A stretch of DNA of 64,000 nt from NCBI GenBank assembly GCA_964016885.1, contig OZ024743.1:57474001-57538000 (forward strand), in the 5' to 3' direction. This stretch comes from Eledone cirrhosa (lineage: Eukaryota). Below are positions 28,317 through 44,292 of the stretch, in pieces. The notes below the pieces were generated by a model. It did not search any database. It saw nothing but the letters and a program-made list of their open reading frames with translations, and was not told the origin of the DNA. A program made the translations under genes and the position numbers. Each line of letters begins with the position of its first letter. Positions within the stretch are counted from its first letter, which is position 1.

Positions 28317-29287
28317 TCTGTATATATATAAAATTAAGTATGTGTGTGTGACTGTGTATTACCTATAGGGGCCTACATCTTACGACCGATTTTCATGAAA
28401 CTTTACAGGCTCATAGATTAGTCATCGGGGAGTGTTTTCTATATATATCAGCGTATCGTTGTTTTATTCCGGGGTCATTCTGCAGATAAAAATAAGATTT
28501 TTGGCTCTAGCTCCCAGCTTTTGCCACCGATTTCGTTCAAATTTTAAAGCAAAATACAATTTATGATTGCACACCCTTTATTGGCTTTATATTTTGCATT
28601 TGTTGTTCAGGGACGGCGTGGCAGCCGCTTAAATATTCAAAAATACCACTTTTAGACTCAAATTTCCACTTTTTCGGCTCTAGCTCCCACATTAATCAAC
28701 CTACTTTGTTAAAATTTTACACTACACTAGATCTGATTATTTCACGTCTTAAAGTGGCTTTACATTTTGGATTTTTTCTTCAGGAACGGCGTGGCAGTCG
28801 CTTAAATATTCGAAAATACCACCTTTTCGCTCAAATTTCCGCCTTTTCGGCTGTAGCTCCTACATTTTTCAACCGATTTTGTTCAAATTCAAAATTTCGG
28901 CTCCACCTGACACATAAATCAATTTATTTGGTTCAACTTTTATACTACGATAGAACCTATCATTGCACATCTTATAGATGGTCAAAGGCAAAACGATGGC
29001 CACTGACGTCGTCTGAGCTTTTAGTTGTGTATTTGAGAATTCATCAGTTTCCAATCAAGTAGCGTGAGGAAATTTGGCTTAGTTTTAGAAGTAATTATCT
29101 CTCTCACCCATCATGCCCCTTCGCCAGTCACCCGCGTTTCTCAGTGATAGAGCTCATCACCACCCTCCCCCGCATGGCCTGAGTGTGGCCATAGATGAGT
29201 CATCGAGAAGCAGTCGCTAAGATCAACACCTTTTCATCAAAGCAGATATTATTTTACCTACCCAGGCAACGCTGGGTACTGCTGCTA

Positions 29288-29288
<1 letters not shown>
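28317..29288 (+). mobile_element. Non-autonomous Helitron
   Basis: A|TC 5' end; 3' hairpin CCCAGGCAACGCTGGG then CTAG|T; no target-site duplication; internal subrepeats. Confidence 0.85.
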
Positions 29289-29360
<72 letters not shown>

Positions 29361-31392
29361 AAGAGATAGAGAGAAAAGGTGAAGTTGTAAATAGCAAAAA
29401 AATGAGAGGGACAATTCTTTTTTAAAAAAAATTGTATAATGTATATTAAGTATATATGTTACCGGTTTCGATGTATTATTAAAATCCATCTTATCAAATG
29501 TTGATTCTTTTTAATTTTTTACACTCAACATTTGATAAGATGTGTAACCCTAATTTCCTAAATAACCATGTCCTTTATGGCTTAGCAAATCTCGGTTTGT
29601 TAGAGTTTGTGCTGTGGTAATTAGTTACGTATGGATGTACCTCAGTCATTACTGGTATAAATATAAAGCTATAGACCGGTTGGAATAATAGCAGATTTCC
29701 TATCTATTCGGCATAAATATTTGCGTTTACTGTTATCTTTATAAAGGCACGTTAAACTATGGTTATGTCTACACATTTGTATGTATATGTCTACACATTT
29801 GCTTCCTGTTTTATATCTCCCTTGGATTCTGTCTCTTAATTCATCCACCTAACCGTCTAAAAGTCAAGTCAACCATCTGTTCATCCATCCACCTATTCAT
29901 CCATCTATCTCTTCATCCATCTGTCTATCCGTCCATTAATCCACTTGTCCATCCATCCATTTATCCTTTCATGCAACTATCCATCCATCCACTTGTCCAT
30001 TTATTCTATTAGTGGAATGGTATTCTAGCTGATCCACTTCAGCTGTACGCTAATCGAATCAGATTTCTAAAAGTCGATCTTAATGAACCTCAATAATTGT
30101 CATCATATTTAGAATTCCAGCTAAATTTTCTCGGTTTGTCCCCCCCCCCCTGTTTAATTCATATGATTCCATTAGGTTTTCCCTATTTCTGCTGCTACTG
30201 CCTTCAGCGATTCGTGATTTTGTTTAAAGAAACTCAACTCTTAGCCAGCAAGTCATGAAGAATTTAGAATCAGGAAGAAAATGTTTTTGTCACTATTTTC
30301 ACCCAAATAAACAAGTGTTCTTTGTCAACTGATGAATGTGCACATATGACTCAGAATTCATTCATTCACTGGTTTAAAAAAACCCGAATTATAAAATAAT
30401 GTTTTCTTTTATATTGAGTAACAATGTCTTAACTAGCCAGCATACAAAGAACACGTCTTCTATCATTTGTTATTAGCAGAATCAGACATTTAAATTCTGA
30501 TTTGTGATTCTTTCATGTTAATTTCTTTAGTGAAATAGAAACTGACAATATATATTTTGTTCGTTATTCAAGTGAAAAAAAATTTAACATTTGTTAAAAG
30601 AGAAATTCTTTTGTGGCGACAGAATATCAAAATGTTGTTTTGGAACATAGTTAGAAAAATGATTATGTAATATTTGGTAGAACATTTTTATTCTACAAAT
30701 ATTATCAGTAATTCAGTCATGAAATTTCTTTCCAAATCTTTTCAATTTTAGGGATAATAGAAAAATATTTATCTGCAGTCACTTTTCAAAGTTGAAATTT
30801 CATTTCTGCTAATAAATGAAAGTAACTCAATTATAATAATGCTACCGTAGTTGGCATCGACAGTTATATGAATTTTGGGTCCATATTTGAATACCGAGCG
30901 ACAATGCATTATTGAACTGACAACTTAATTTGTCATACCTCGCTAAAAGACAGATAACAAACTGAGCATATTTATTTGTAGCATACAATACTCCTAAACC
31001 GTTTCTGACAAAGAAAGATAAGTACACATCTCCTATATGTATGAATACATGAACCCTTAACTCCTGATGCACTCGTAGAGAGGTTGTCATGAAATACGGC
31101 GCATTTTGGATATTTAAACCTGGCGTAGATCATTTCCACCAAGGTCTGAGCAGAACTGATTACTTCCAGAGAGTAAGAGAGAGGGACAGAGAGTCCCCCT
31201 CTCTCTCACACACTCACAAACACAGATATGTATATATTATATATTGACGACGTTATAGGAAATATTCGCTATAATCTCGCTTGCTCACAATTACCCACTC
31301 AATGAGATATGGTTTGAACGTATAATTGACCAAACGTGTTCCAGATTACTAAGCAAATGTATATTCTTAAAGTTGCAGTTTCGTATATATAT

Positions 31393-31645
31393 ATATAATT
31401 ACAACAGTGACATAATACTCAAGTTTCGTTGGGTTCTGGGCCCCAATTTCTTCAGCCTGTCATGAGAAAAATAAAAAATAAAGATGGCCTTTTTTTCCCA
31501 TGACAGGTTGAAGAAATTGGGGCCCCAGAATCCAACGAAACTTGAGTACCTGTTTATGTCACTGTTGTAATTATTTATACTAAACTCGTCCTATGGACTG
31601 AGTGCTCTTACTCTTGGATATTTCCACTTAACCTTTACTTCAGTA
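31393..31645 (+). mobile_element. Fold-back PLE-terminus mini-element with paired hammerheads
   Basis: Arms 31393-31472 / 31496-31576; ACAGG TTGAAGA..TTGG/CCAA..GAAA CTTGAG TA CCTGT (31503-31553); the left arm keeps the CTGAAGA core; TGAGTGCT at 31599. Confidence 0.7.
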
Positions 31646-31669
31646 TATATATATATATATATATATATA

Positions 31670-32825
31670 GTGGTGGAACACTGGAAAGTAATATCCGTAG
31701 TGGTAGAGCACTCAGTCCAAAGGACGAGTTAGGTAGAAGTGGTTACACAACAGTTAGTTCACCATACCGAGAACAATTGTTTCAACTTCGCGGATCTTCA
31801 GCTCGGGATGTGTATGGTTATAGGAACAGGAAGGACAACCGTACGAACGCGCATGCGCAGAAACTCGGTCACTTCACACGGGCAATACTAGACTGCGTTT
31901 CGGGAGGTGTAAGGGAGATAACTGCGAAGATCCGGAAAGTTTTTAGGTTGAAAATAAAATAAAAAAAAATTAAAAATTAAATTACAAAGAATCAGTCCGG
32001 AGCCTTGTAGTTATGCAATAGATGTTTGGTGACGTGTGGAAAACGTGAAAAATTCACTTCTCGTGTTTAGGCAATCACTATTGCGTAATCTCTTTAGGAT
32101 AGTTATTCGTTCGTCAATACATAAGCCACACGTCGGATTTACCCTTGCGTATGGCTTGGACTTAGTGATGGCTTTCCATTGAATGGAGTAGCCTATACTT
32201 GAGTCCTTGAGGGACCATACGTGGCTCGCGAGTTTCGTGGATGGTCGTCTGTCCGGGTATCTGAAGGTAGACTGGTGGTTCAGGAAACGCTCCTTGAATC
32301 CGCCCTCCGCCATGCCCACATAGGATTTGACCTCCTGTGGTTCGTTTGGTCGGTTGGAAGTGACCACAGCTTTATAGATTACAGCTGGTGTGTTGCATTG
32401 CTGTTGAAGGGGGCAAGCTTCAGGCTTACGGCAAGAGCACCCTGGTGGGGTGTTGCTCCTAGTTAATTACATTCTTAATTACATTCACAAGGACTCATGC
32501 CACCCTCCCATTCTTTTTAGAAACTTCGTTAAGAATATCAGTACTAGAATCTCAAACCTCTCCTCTAATAAGGCTATCTTTGACAGGGCGGCACCCTACT
32601 ATAACACGGCGTTGGCTAACAGCGGCTTCTCACAACCTATCACCTACTCTCCCACTAGCAACAACACCATTAAGAAAAATAAGTGCATCAATAGACAAAC
32701 TATCTAGTTCTCTAGTCCCTTCTCACTCAACGTTAAAACCAATGTAGGAAAAATATTTCTAGCCCTCTTAGACAGACACTTCCCCATAGGTCATAAATAC
32801 CACTCCATCTTTAACCGACACAAAA
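31670..32825 (-). mobile_element. Penelope-like element (GIY-YIG, possibly Nematis type) with an inverted RT-thumb segment at 32462-32825
   Basis: Minus strand: CPLQQQCNTPAVIYKA..KSYVGMAEGGFKERFLNH..CGLCIDE..LNTRSE. Plus strand: [33 protein letters not shown]. Hammerhead and TGAGTGCT lie in the 3' region. Confidence 0.88.
31763..31810 (-). ncRNA. Minimal hammerhead in the PLE 3' region
   Basis: CCGAG CTGAAGA TCCGCGAAGTT GAAA CAATTG TT CTCGG; weak stem II, palindromic stem III. Confidence 0.65.
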
Positions 32826-33870
32826 GTTCTGAACTCGTCACTATTTACTCACCACGAAAGGATGGACGACAAAGTTTACTTTAGTAGGGTGGAATTTAAA
32901 TTCAGAGTGCAGAGACCCTGAGAAAATGCCATAAAGCATTCTGTCCGACATTCTAGTAACTCTGCCAATTACCTCCGCCATTATATACATTTCTGATATA
33001 TTTAACACTTTCAAAGGCCCAAATCCGGTATTAAATTTATAAGAGCCGGGAATACATATTTAATTACCTTAGAAGGGTGAGAGTTTGTGTAAGAAATAAA
33101 TTTGAAATTTGTGAGCTTTTAAAGGCCATGTGGCAATTTGATTTCCAAATACTAACTGACATATTGCATTAAAATGTTGATGGGCCTCCGTCAGGTACGA
33201 TGATGTGCGCTCCAATGTTTGATCAAGGTAAGGGCTTACTCATGAAATTAACATGCAAGTAACCAAGCATTCCAGAAATATGTGTACTCTAAATGTAATT
33301 CTCAGGGAGAGTCAGCGCGTCACAAGATGTGACAAGGCTGGTCTTTTGAATAGGATGTAGAGTCTACTGGAGGTTAAGTGGACTGGAGCAGCGCGAAACA
33401 AAATGCCTTGCTAAGAGACACAATGCGTCATCGGTTCGAGAATCGAAGTCACGACTTTAGGGTCATGAGTACCCTAAAGTGGTGACAGCATACTGCTAAG
33501 TACTCTAACCGCTACACTTGAAGTAACAGAGGATTGATGACGCAGGCCAAGAGATTTCTGCCTGTCTCTTATGTTTAGCAATGTTTCCAGGAAGAGAGCC
33601 AGAAAAATATTTACACTGGGACAGCGTGGTTTAGGGATTAGGGGATGCGGCTCCCGATGGCCATGTAATGAGTTCGATTTTCTGAGGCACATCGTGTTTC
33701 TGAGCAAGGCACTTTATTCCACATTGCTACAGTCTATTCTGCCTTACCGCACACTATGTTACACTGAATCTCCCTGATAACTAAGTAAAGGACACACGGG
33801 TCAAATACCTACATTAATCTCCCGATTAGGCTCTGTTCCGTTGTTCGAATTCCTGGAACACACATCAATG
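32825..33870. mobile_element. Cluster of decayed tRNA-derived SINEs
   Basis: 32825-32980 (-) Meta-type; 33180-33480 (-) and 33620-33870 (+) similar to 41955-42245. Confidence 0.55.
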
Positions 33871-34099
33871 GAACGCTTGGAGTTCCAGCACACGGCACAC
33901 ACAACATGACAAATGGTTGACCGAACTTAAGGACTGCTTTCTATTAGACAAGAATGATTCGGTGAAACAAGAAAAATTAATATAAACTAAAAACTTTGGA
34001 CTATATCATAAACAAATGATATAATTAAATCGTCAATTTTCACATCCAATCTCACTGTCTGTATATCACCCCATATCACCTGATGCCATGTATGGTGTA

Positions 34100-36420
<2,321 letters not shown>

Positions 36421-36423
<3 letters not shown>

Positions 36424-37295
36424 TATGCATGTATACGTACATACATATATGTATACAGACGTACAGTAGCATGCACATATATATATATACATATGCATAC
36501 AGGTACACATACATATATGCACGTATCAGTTTAGCGGCGCTAACGTCGCTTTGTTCGTTTGTAAACAAACTGAACAGCCTGAATTTATGCCATACGGTGT
36601 TAAGGCAACCACGTCACCTTTTTGTTCAACACTGACACAGGAACGATGTACTAGTTTCAAGCTTGTTAGCTATCATCAGCACCGTTTACCCATCTGCCAG
36701 ATAGTTGAACGTTCGAAAGTATATACTTTCCTTATGAAAATTAACGGCTGAGCAGCCTAATTTGCATATTGAGTGAGTTAAATCGGTCAGGCATACCGAA
36801 AACGATAAATTGAAACAAAATGAAAACGAAATTTCATTTCTCACTCTTAGTATGGCACTTACTTCAATGTAAGTATGCATGTATACGTACATACATATAT
36901 GTATACAGACGTACAGTAGCATGCACATATATATATATATATACATATATATATACATATGCATACAGGTACACATACATATATGCACGTATCAGTTTAG
37001 CGGCGTCTGTATACATATATGTATGTACGTATACATGCATACTTACATAAATTCAGGCTGTTCAGTTTGTTTACAAACGAACAAAGCGACGTTAGCGCCG
37101 CTAAACTGATACGTGCATATATGTATGTGTACCTGTATGCATATGTATATATATATGTATATATATATATATATGTGCATGCTACTGTACGTCTGTATAC
37201 ATATATGTATGTACGTATACATGCATACTTAGATTTAAGTAAGTGCCATACTAAGAGTGAGAAATGAAATTTCGTTTTCATTTTGTTTCAATTTA
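36421..37295 (-). mobile_element. Non-coding hammerhead-bearing element: 450-bp unit in partial tandem plus an inverted arm (retrozyme/mini-PLE-like)
   Basis: 36421-36540 recurs at 36871-37003; 37047-37294 is the reverse complement of sequence spanning the unit junction; (TA)n flanks. Confidence 0.72.
36643..36685 (-). ncRNA. Minimal type I hammerhead ribozyme
   Basis: ACGGTG CTGATGA T AGCT AACA AGCT T GAAA CTAG TA CATCGT. Confidence 0.82.
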
Positions 37296-37637
37296 TATAT
37301 ATATATATATATATACAGTTTTTTCCGTTGTGTTGTAATATAAAAACAACAGATGGGAATCTAATTACTCACTGCCACCAAGAATTCTCACTGCTATCGA
37401 AAAACCACTCCTTCAACTATTCTTCTAACAACTTCACCCCTTCCTCCTAATATTCTCTATAAAAACTAAATAGGTCCTCAGTAATATTATTCTGATGAAA
37501 TGACAGTAAACAATAACATTGAAATATTGAATGTCTGCATAACTAAAAGTTTGTAGATAGCTGTTTTAGGTTATGTAACTGTTATAGAAACACGTGTCAA
37601 TAAATTCCTTTCAACTAAACTGTATCCATTCAAATCT

Positions 37638-37686
<49 letters not shown>

Positions 37687-37732
37687 ATGTCTTGGTCTGT
37701 TTCTTTGTGTATCAAAGTTGAGCATGTCTGTA

Positions 37733-37821
<89 letters not shown>

Positions 37822-38559
37822 ATATATTGTACATGCATGGTTCTGGTCGTTCTTTATATGTCTGAATAATGAGCGTGTCTATATGTCTATGTTGGGCCTG
37901 TCTGGCTGTATGTACTTGTTAGGCCTGGCTATGTGTATGTAAGCTTGGGCCTATCCATATATGTAAGTATGCTTGCTATGTCTATATGTTTATATATGCT
38001 TGGTGTGTCTATGTGTGTTTGTATGATGGGCCTGCTTATGTATGTATAAACCATTAAACGTGTGAATATTGAATCTTTCTATATGTATGCGTATGTTAAA
38101 CCTGTCTATATTGTACTATATTCAGGATGGTTCAGTCTATATGGGTATGCATGTTGCGTTTGTCTATATTTGTATATATATTGTGTCTATCTGTATGTCT
38201 ATAGGCGTATATATGTTGAGTGTCTTATTTCACATCTGTAATTTGAATTTGTCCATCTTTGTATGTATGGTGGATCTATCTAAATGTGTATATATGGTGG
38301 ATATATCTTTATGTGTATGTATGGTGGGTTCATCCATATGTATATATGTTTGGTTGTCTTTCTCTCACACAATCTCTTTCTCACACACAACCTCTTTCTC
38401 TCTCTGAGTATCTCTCTTACATTCTCTTTCTCTATCCATGTCAGTTCATTATCATTTACGTTTCAATAACTGTAAGTCGATCACTACAGGAAAAAGAGAA
38501 TATGGAAACGGTGAGAATTCCAAAATGAGAAAAGTCTGTTGAGAAAGAAATGGTTGTAG

Positions 38560-39450
38560 ACAATCTAATCTCTGTCCAGTGAGTACTATTTTAGAACACT
38601 GTCCAGTAAATAAACTACACGCCATCACTGCTGGGCAATGTCCTTGGAACAATCCATGAAACATCCGTAAACATATGAAGTATCATTAAGGACAACCTCT
38701 GTCACATAGACAGTCCATGGAACATCATTTGAGGATAATATTTGTACAGTATACAGATCAGAGGTCATTACTGGTAAACATTTGTCCAGTGTACATTCCA
38801 TGCAGCTATGTTTGTGGACAACTTCTATCCAGCGTACAGATCACAGATCATAACTGGTGGCCAGTGTATGTACTCTAAAGAGACCAGACGCCATCATTGG
38901 TAGGTAACCATTGTTTAGATTATTGTACACGGAATATATTTTAAGGACAACGTATGTCTCGGAAACAACCCATGGCTCATCACTTGTGACAATACCTGTC
39001 AACTCTGAGAATCATTTAAGGACATTATATGCCTAGTGTACAGATCTGGGATCATCACTTGTGGAGAACATCTGTCCAGTGTACAGATCACCTCTGCTAA
39101 TATTGCTCCGTGGGCTGTTTGCAGTCTATGGAGCATTATTTGAGCACAACCTCTGTCCTATAAGCAGCCCTGGTCTATGTCTCGTCTAGTCTAAAATATG
39201 TCTCAAGCCAGGAGGTTTTGTGGCGTCAAGCGACTGAGAATACAAGACTTCCCCCTGGTCAGGATGCCAGTCCATCGCAGAACATAATTTGAGAATAATC
39301 TCAATCCTGTAACTAAACCAGGCGTTATCAATGGCAGTCTACCTCTCTGAAGAGTACAGACGATGGAGCATCATTTGAAGACAATCTATTTCCTGTGCAC
39401 AGTCCATGGAGCATCATTTCAAGACAACATCTGTCCTTTGAACAGGCCAG
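38560..39450. repeat. Degenerate minisatellite with a unit of about 40-42 bp
   Basis: Recurring GGACAACNTCTGTCCAGTGTACAGTCCATGGAGCATCATTTGA-like units. Confidence 0.65.
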
Positions 39451-40268
39451 GGAATATTGCTATCAGAGGAAATAAGTGGTATATTTTCTTTGCCCCCAGA
39501 GTCCTACAATGCATGAATAACTAATTCACATCCCTTGCTTGCACAAAACACTGTTCATATGGGATTCTCAATGAATTTCTCTCTCGTCAGAAATGTTCAT
39601 TAACTCAGTCTTTTGAACAGAAGTATATAAAAAAAGAATAATGTTCCATACTAATTACGACAATAATGAGGTTTTAAATTGTAATTATCATTTTGCACGG
39701 CTTAAAATATTTATAATTCTCAGCATTAAGCTGAATTTCACGTGACATGATATCTTGAGAAATCGTTTGGCAAAAACTCCCTGATCTAGCGTAACTATGA
39801 CAGCAATGGACAGCAATTTCAATGAACTGTATAGTAAACTAACAACGTCTTTTTCCTAGTTGTCTTTTGATTACGCTCACTGTTTCCTGGAGGATTTCCC
39901 GATATTGCTTTTTTATTATATCTGCTGCTCTAGGAAGAATTTCGACGGGTTTCAAATAGAAATGTAAGCTTTTTATCATTGGATTAAGTCTTTTAAGCTG
40001 AAACACGCAATTTACAAAAGAGATTTATATCTCCAAAAGAGAAGTTCTTCTAAGTCTTCAAGTAATATTAAATTATCTAAAAACGAATATTCGTTTTCAA
40101 ATACATTTAAAGAAGAAATGACATGTAACAAACATTTAGTCAAATTAAAAGTGCATTTTCTACACATCTTTTACATAAACATTTCTTTACAAAAGTTACA
40201 AATATAGTTCAGCATTGCTGTTTTATCTCTTTCTCTAGTCATGTCATTCTACAGTAGCATACATACAT

Positions 40269-40297
40269 AAATTTGTGAAATTATAAAACCAGAAGAA
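40269..40297 (+). mobile_element. 29-bp extreme 3' stub of Dong family B
   Basis: AAATTTGTGAAATTATAAAACCAGAAGAA is identical to 43389-43417; CATA on both sides. Confidence 0.8.
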
Positions 40298-40324
40298 CAT
40301 ACATACATATGTACATACACACAT

Positions 40325-40930
40325 GGTGGCTGCCAACTTGTTTTCGAGTACGGCCACTACTTTACATCCATGTAGGAGAACCCCTACCGATACGCTGAAC
40401 GAGTGTGACATTTTAGTCCAGCCAGCGACTTGAAAACTCGGGTACAAACACTACACTTGTGACAATTATTGACACATAGTGCTGGGCCCATGGTACCATG
40501 TGACGACAACTGCAGAGAGATCTCCAGATATAAAGCAATGCCTGTGCCGTGAAGCTTTTATAGTGAGGCAAAGGCACTGCACAAAGCCAGTCCCACTCTC
40601 TTAACCAAGATGATATTTACCAAAAAGAAGAACAAGTCAACATCATTGGATACCATCAGAGTTGCAGGTGTTATATCAGAGTTTTCCTTCTCCTAGAATT
40701 CTGCCTTGACAAAGGCTAAGGGGTCATCTCTCCCGGTGATTTTGGATGGCCATTGACTCTTAAGAGCTCCTTTGCCCTTTGACAGGTTTTTTTTTTAGTC
40801 CTGCAGGATGTCCAAAGTCACCCTCCTCACCAAGGAACCTTGGTGGGGTTGCCAGTTTAGTCGCCAACGACCCGACCATGAGACAGGTTGTACTGGGATA
40901 CATGTTACCAGTAGCACCAACTGGTGACCA
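40325..40930 (-). mobile_element. Non-autonomous RTE derivative (about 600 bp; 5'UTR joined to the 3' end)
   Basis: Reverse complement of the 17257-17845 family, with zinc-finger remnant and 3' hairpin. Confidence 0.78.
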
Positions 40931-41954
40931 CACATACGTACATACGTACAAACATACATACGTACATACATACGTACAAAGATACAAACAGACATAGATG
41001 CATGCATGCATACATACATACATATTTACATGCATTGATACATACGTCCATATATACATAGATATGCATATATGTATATAAACATATACACATATATATA
41101 TATATACACGTACATATATGCATATATATACATATATATACACGTACATATATGGATACATAAATATACACACATCTATACATACGATACATACATACAT
41201 ACATACAAATCATAGTGGCTTTCCGTCGGTTTCAATGATAACAGCTCCAGTTGTTCGCTCAATGGAACAGCCCTCACATTAGGTGGCTGAGTATTCCTGA
41301 GTATTCCTGGTGTGGGGAAACAATAGGGGGCCCCAGCAACACATCATCATTTTCTATTATTAGAGATTTCGATATCGTTAATACAGTAGAAGGAGATGAT
41401 ATGTCCTTAGACAACTACAATAACGTGAAATAAAGCGTCTTGTTCAAGAACACAGCGTGCCGCCTTGTTCGGGAAGGAATCGAATGGTCCGCGATCTTAC
41501 GATCGTGAACCGAAAATCCCAACCACTTAGCCACACGCCTCCACAAAAGCATTTAACGTGATTAGTTGTCAGAGAGAATGGAAATATAAAGAGAACAGAG
41601 TGTAGGTTCGTTGATATGTCACTCAATATTGGGACAGATCACTGATATATTTGCAGAAAGGACATTGAAGAAAATATAGTCCCACATACTTCTAAGATGA
41701 ATGCTTTTGATTTTATGTCTATCTGCTCAGAGATGGTTGGGGGTTTAACAGCATCATCAGTATTGAAAAAATGACCAAGTTATTTTCAAGAGCTCCAATA
41801 AAACAGAAGTATACTTATAGTTCTCCCATTGCAGGCAAATATGATTTTCCATTAAGGATGTACCGTATTATTCGGTGTATAAAAAGTATTTTTTTTTAGT
41901 TGAATTTCATGTCAAAATCTGCTTGCATTTTATACAAGGTAAGCATTCTATATA

Positions 41955-42245
41955 GCTGGCTCTCCGTCGGGTACGACGACGAGTGTTCCAGTTGATCCGA
42001 TCAACGGAACAACCTACTTGTGAAATTAACGTGCAAGTGGCTGAGCATTCCATAGATATGCATAGCCATAACGTAGTTCCCAGGGAGATTCAGCGTGACA
42101 CAGAATGTGACAAGGCTGGCCCTTTAAATTACATGTACAAGTCATTTTTGTCAGCTGAGTGGACTGGAGCACTCGAGCTGGGAATCGAACTCATGACCTT
42201 ACGATAGAGAGCCGAATGTCCTAACCACAAAGCCAAGCGACTTCA
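41955..42245 (-). mobile_element. tRNA-derived SINE
   Basis: Minus strand: TGGCTTTGTGGTTAGG..GAGTTCGATTCC; shared tail with 22118-22400. Confidence 0.7.
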
Positions 42246-42870
42246 CTAGGCATTCTATACTTTAAAAAAAATGTACTGTAGAGTAGCCATGTATAAGTAG
42301 ATTTGAATATTAATTTCTTTTTCTAAAAACTGTTCTTCAAAATGATATCAAGCAATTATTCGAGACGCAACTTTATCTCCTCTTTTCTTTAAGGACTGTT
42401 GATAATTACTGCTGGGTTTTTGTTTTCTTTCTCCAATTAAAAGCAATATCTCAGTCAGGAATATTTTGTGTAAGCTTAAATCATTTATCAACAAATGTCT
42501 TCAGTTCAATCAAAACATTATCAGATTAATGTTTTCAATAACTTTATACATTGATTCTTTGATGTCTTTTCTCCTCTCTCTATTCCGCATCAAACTAGTA
42601 TCTTCTAATTTGATCATATTCTGATGAGTATTCGTTTTTTACTTTTCTGTCTTTTCGTCCAATTCGAAGGTATATTCAGACCCCATTGACAATGGATGGT
42701 TCATCCTAAATAAAAGGAACAATAAATATTTCCTAGGTAACATTATCTCTAGTTCTTTCTTTTTCCATGTCTTTTCCGCTTCTCCACTCAACTTGACCTC
42801 TCTGTTTTATCACCAAAGTTTGTTGCATATATAAATATGACCTTACATACATACATACATACATATATAT

Positions 42871-43417
42871 AATGATATGGGACAGAGAAAAAAAGGCATG
42901 CACAGTTAGCTGCCCAGCAGATGCCAATATAATATCAAAGATTAGTGAAAAGGAGAATATTTATGCAGAACTAATGAGAAATCTGCACATACTCCACCCT
43001 GATTACACCTTCAGATTTATGCCTGTGATTATTGTGGCACTGGGGTATGTTAGTAACTGCCTCAATATAAATCTTGAGAAGCTAGGCTTCACAGGAACAG
43101 AAAGAACACAACTAGTTAGGAAATTACAAATACAATCCATAAATGGAACAGTAAAAATATGTAAAACATTCCAAACATTTTGCATCTAATAACTGCATAT
43201 ACACATGTACAGATACAAAGCATATACACATGCATACATACAACTCAAAACATCCACATCCACACATACAATAACATCCATACCTGCACACACATGCATG
43301 CATACATATCTACCTAGTTGATATTGTGTAAATTGCAATGAGAAAGTCTTGTGTCTATGTTAGAAACCGACTCTCTCTCTATTGGTAAAAATTTGTGAAA
43401 TTATAAAACCAGAAGAA
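42871..43417 (+). mobile_element. R4/Dong-type family B, 3' fragment
   Basis: ORF 42872-43189 (IWDREKKAC..CPAD); CATA tract upstream and CAT(T/A)CATAC downstream. Confidence 0.92.
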
Positions 43418-43537
43418 CATTCATACACATATACATGTGTTAGGTTTTAGATTTTGGTATATAAGTATGAAAATGAAAACAAACATTTACTGCGTCATAT
43501 ATATTATGTTAGAAGTATCTTCGTTGACTGCTACTGG

Positions 43538-43596
<59 letters not shown>

Positions 43597-43659
43597 TATA
43601 ATGGAATATATACAAAGGAGATTAATCATTATTGCAAATCTATATTCAAGGTTCTCGTT

Positions 43660-43897
43660 AAAAATTTAATATATTACCTCCGTAACTATGTGTGTTTACA
43701 CTCTTTATAAATTATCCTCGGTCAATATTTTATATGTTTATTTTATATATATATGTGAATCGACTTTTAATTTAATTTAAATTTAATTTTAATAAATGCT
43801 CGGATTTATTCCTTGGAATCTTTGAGCTTTTTCTACAGGTGATATGGCGCATGTTTTAGATATTATCAGACATGACATCTTTAACTTAATTTTGTTA

Positions 43898-43898
<1 letters not shown>
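43660..43898. repeat. Dispersed (TA)n-associated repeat, also at 46535-46757
   Basis: Shared TTACCTCCGTAACTATG...CAGACATGACATC. Confidence 0.7.
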
Positions 43899-43940
<42 letters not shown>

Positions 43941-43951
43941 ATACACACACT

Positions 43952-44028
<77 letters not shown>

Positions 44029-44203
44029 GCGCACTTCCATGAAGCAATAATATACACCAACGAGATTCACTCCACCTGTACATACATAACCGCACTAATG
44101 ACACACCTCGAATCTTCTCTTCAGCCCCGACTCCCGAATGCCGTATTACTCACCCAACTCCCCAGCCTTCTTAAATTTTTATTTCAAAACTCCGATGTTC
44201 CAT

Positions 44204-44292
<89 letters not shown>

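Noticed and set aside
40325-40405. HDV-like ribozyme on the plus strand (GGTGGCT/GGCCACT with G.U, possible pseudoknot to AACGAGT)
   Set aside because: No proper P3/L3 or P1.1, and it is the antisense of the RTE 3' hairpin and zinc-finger remnant.
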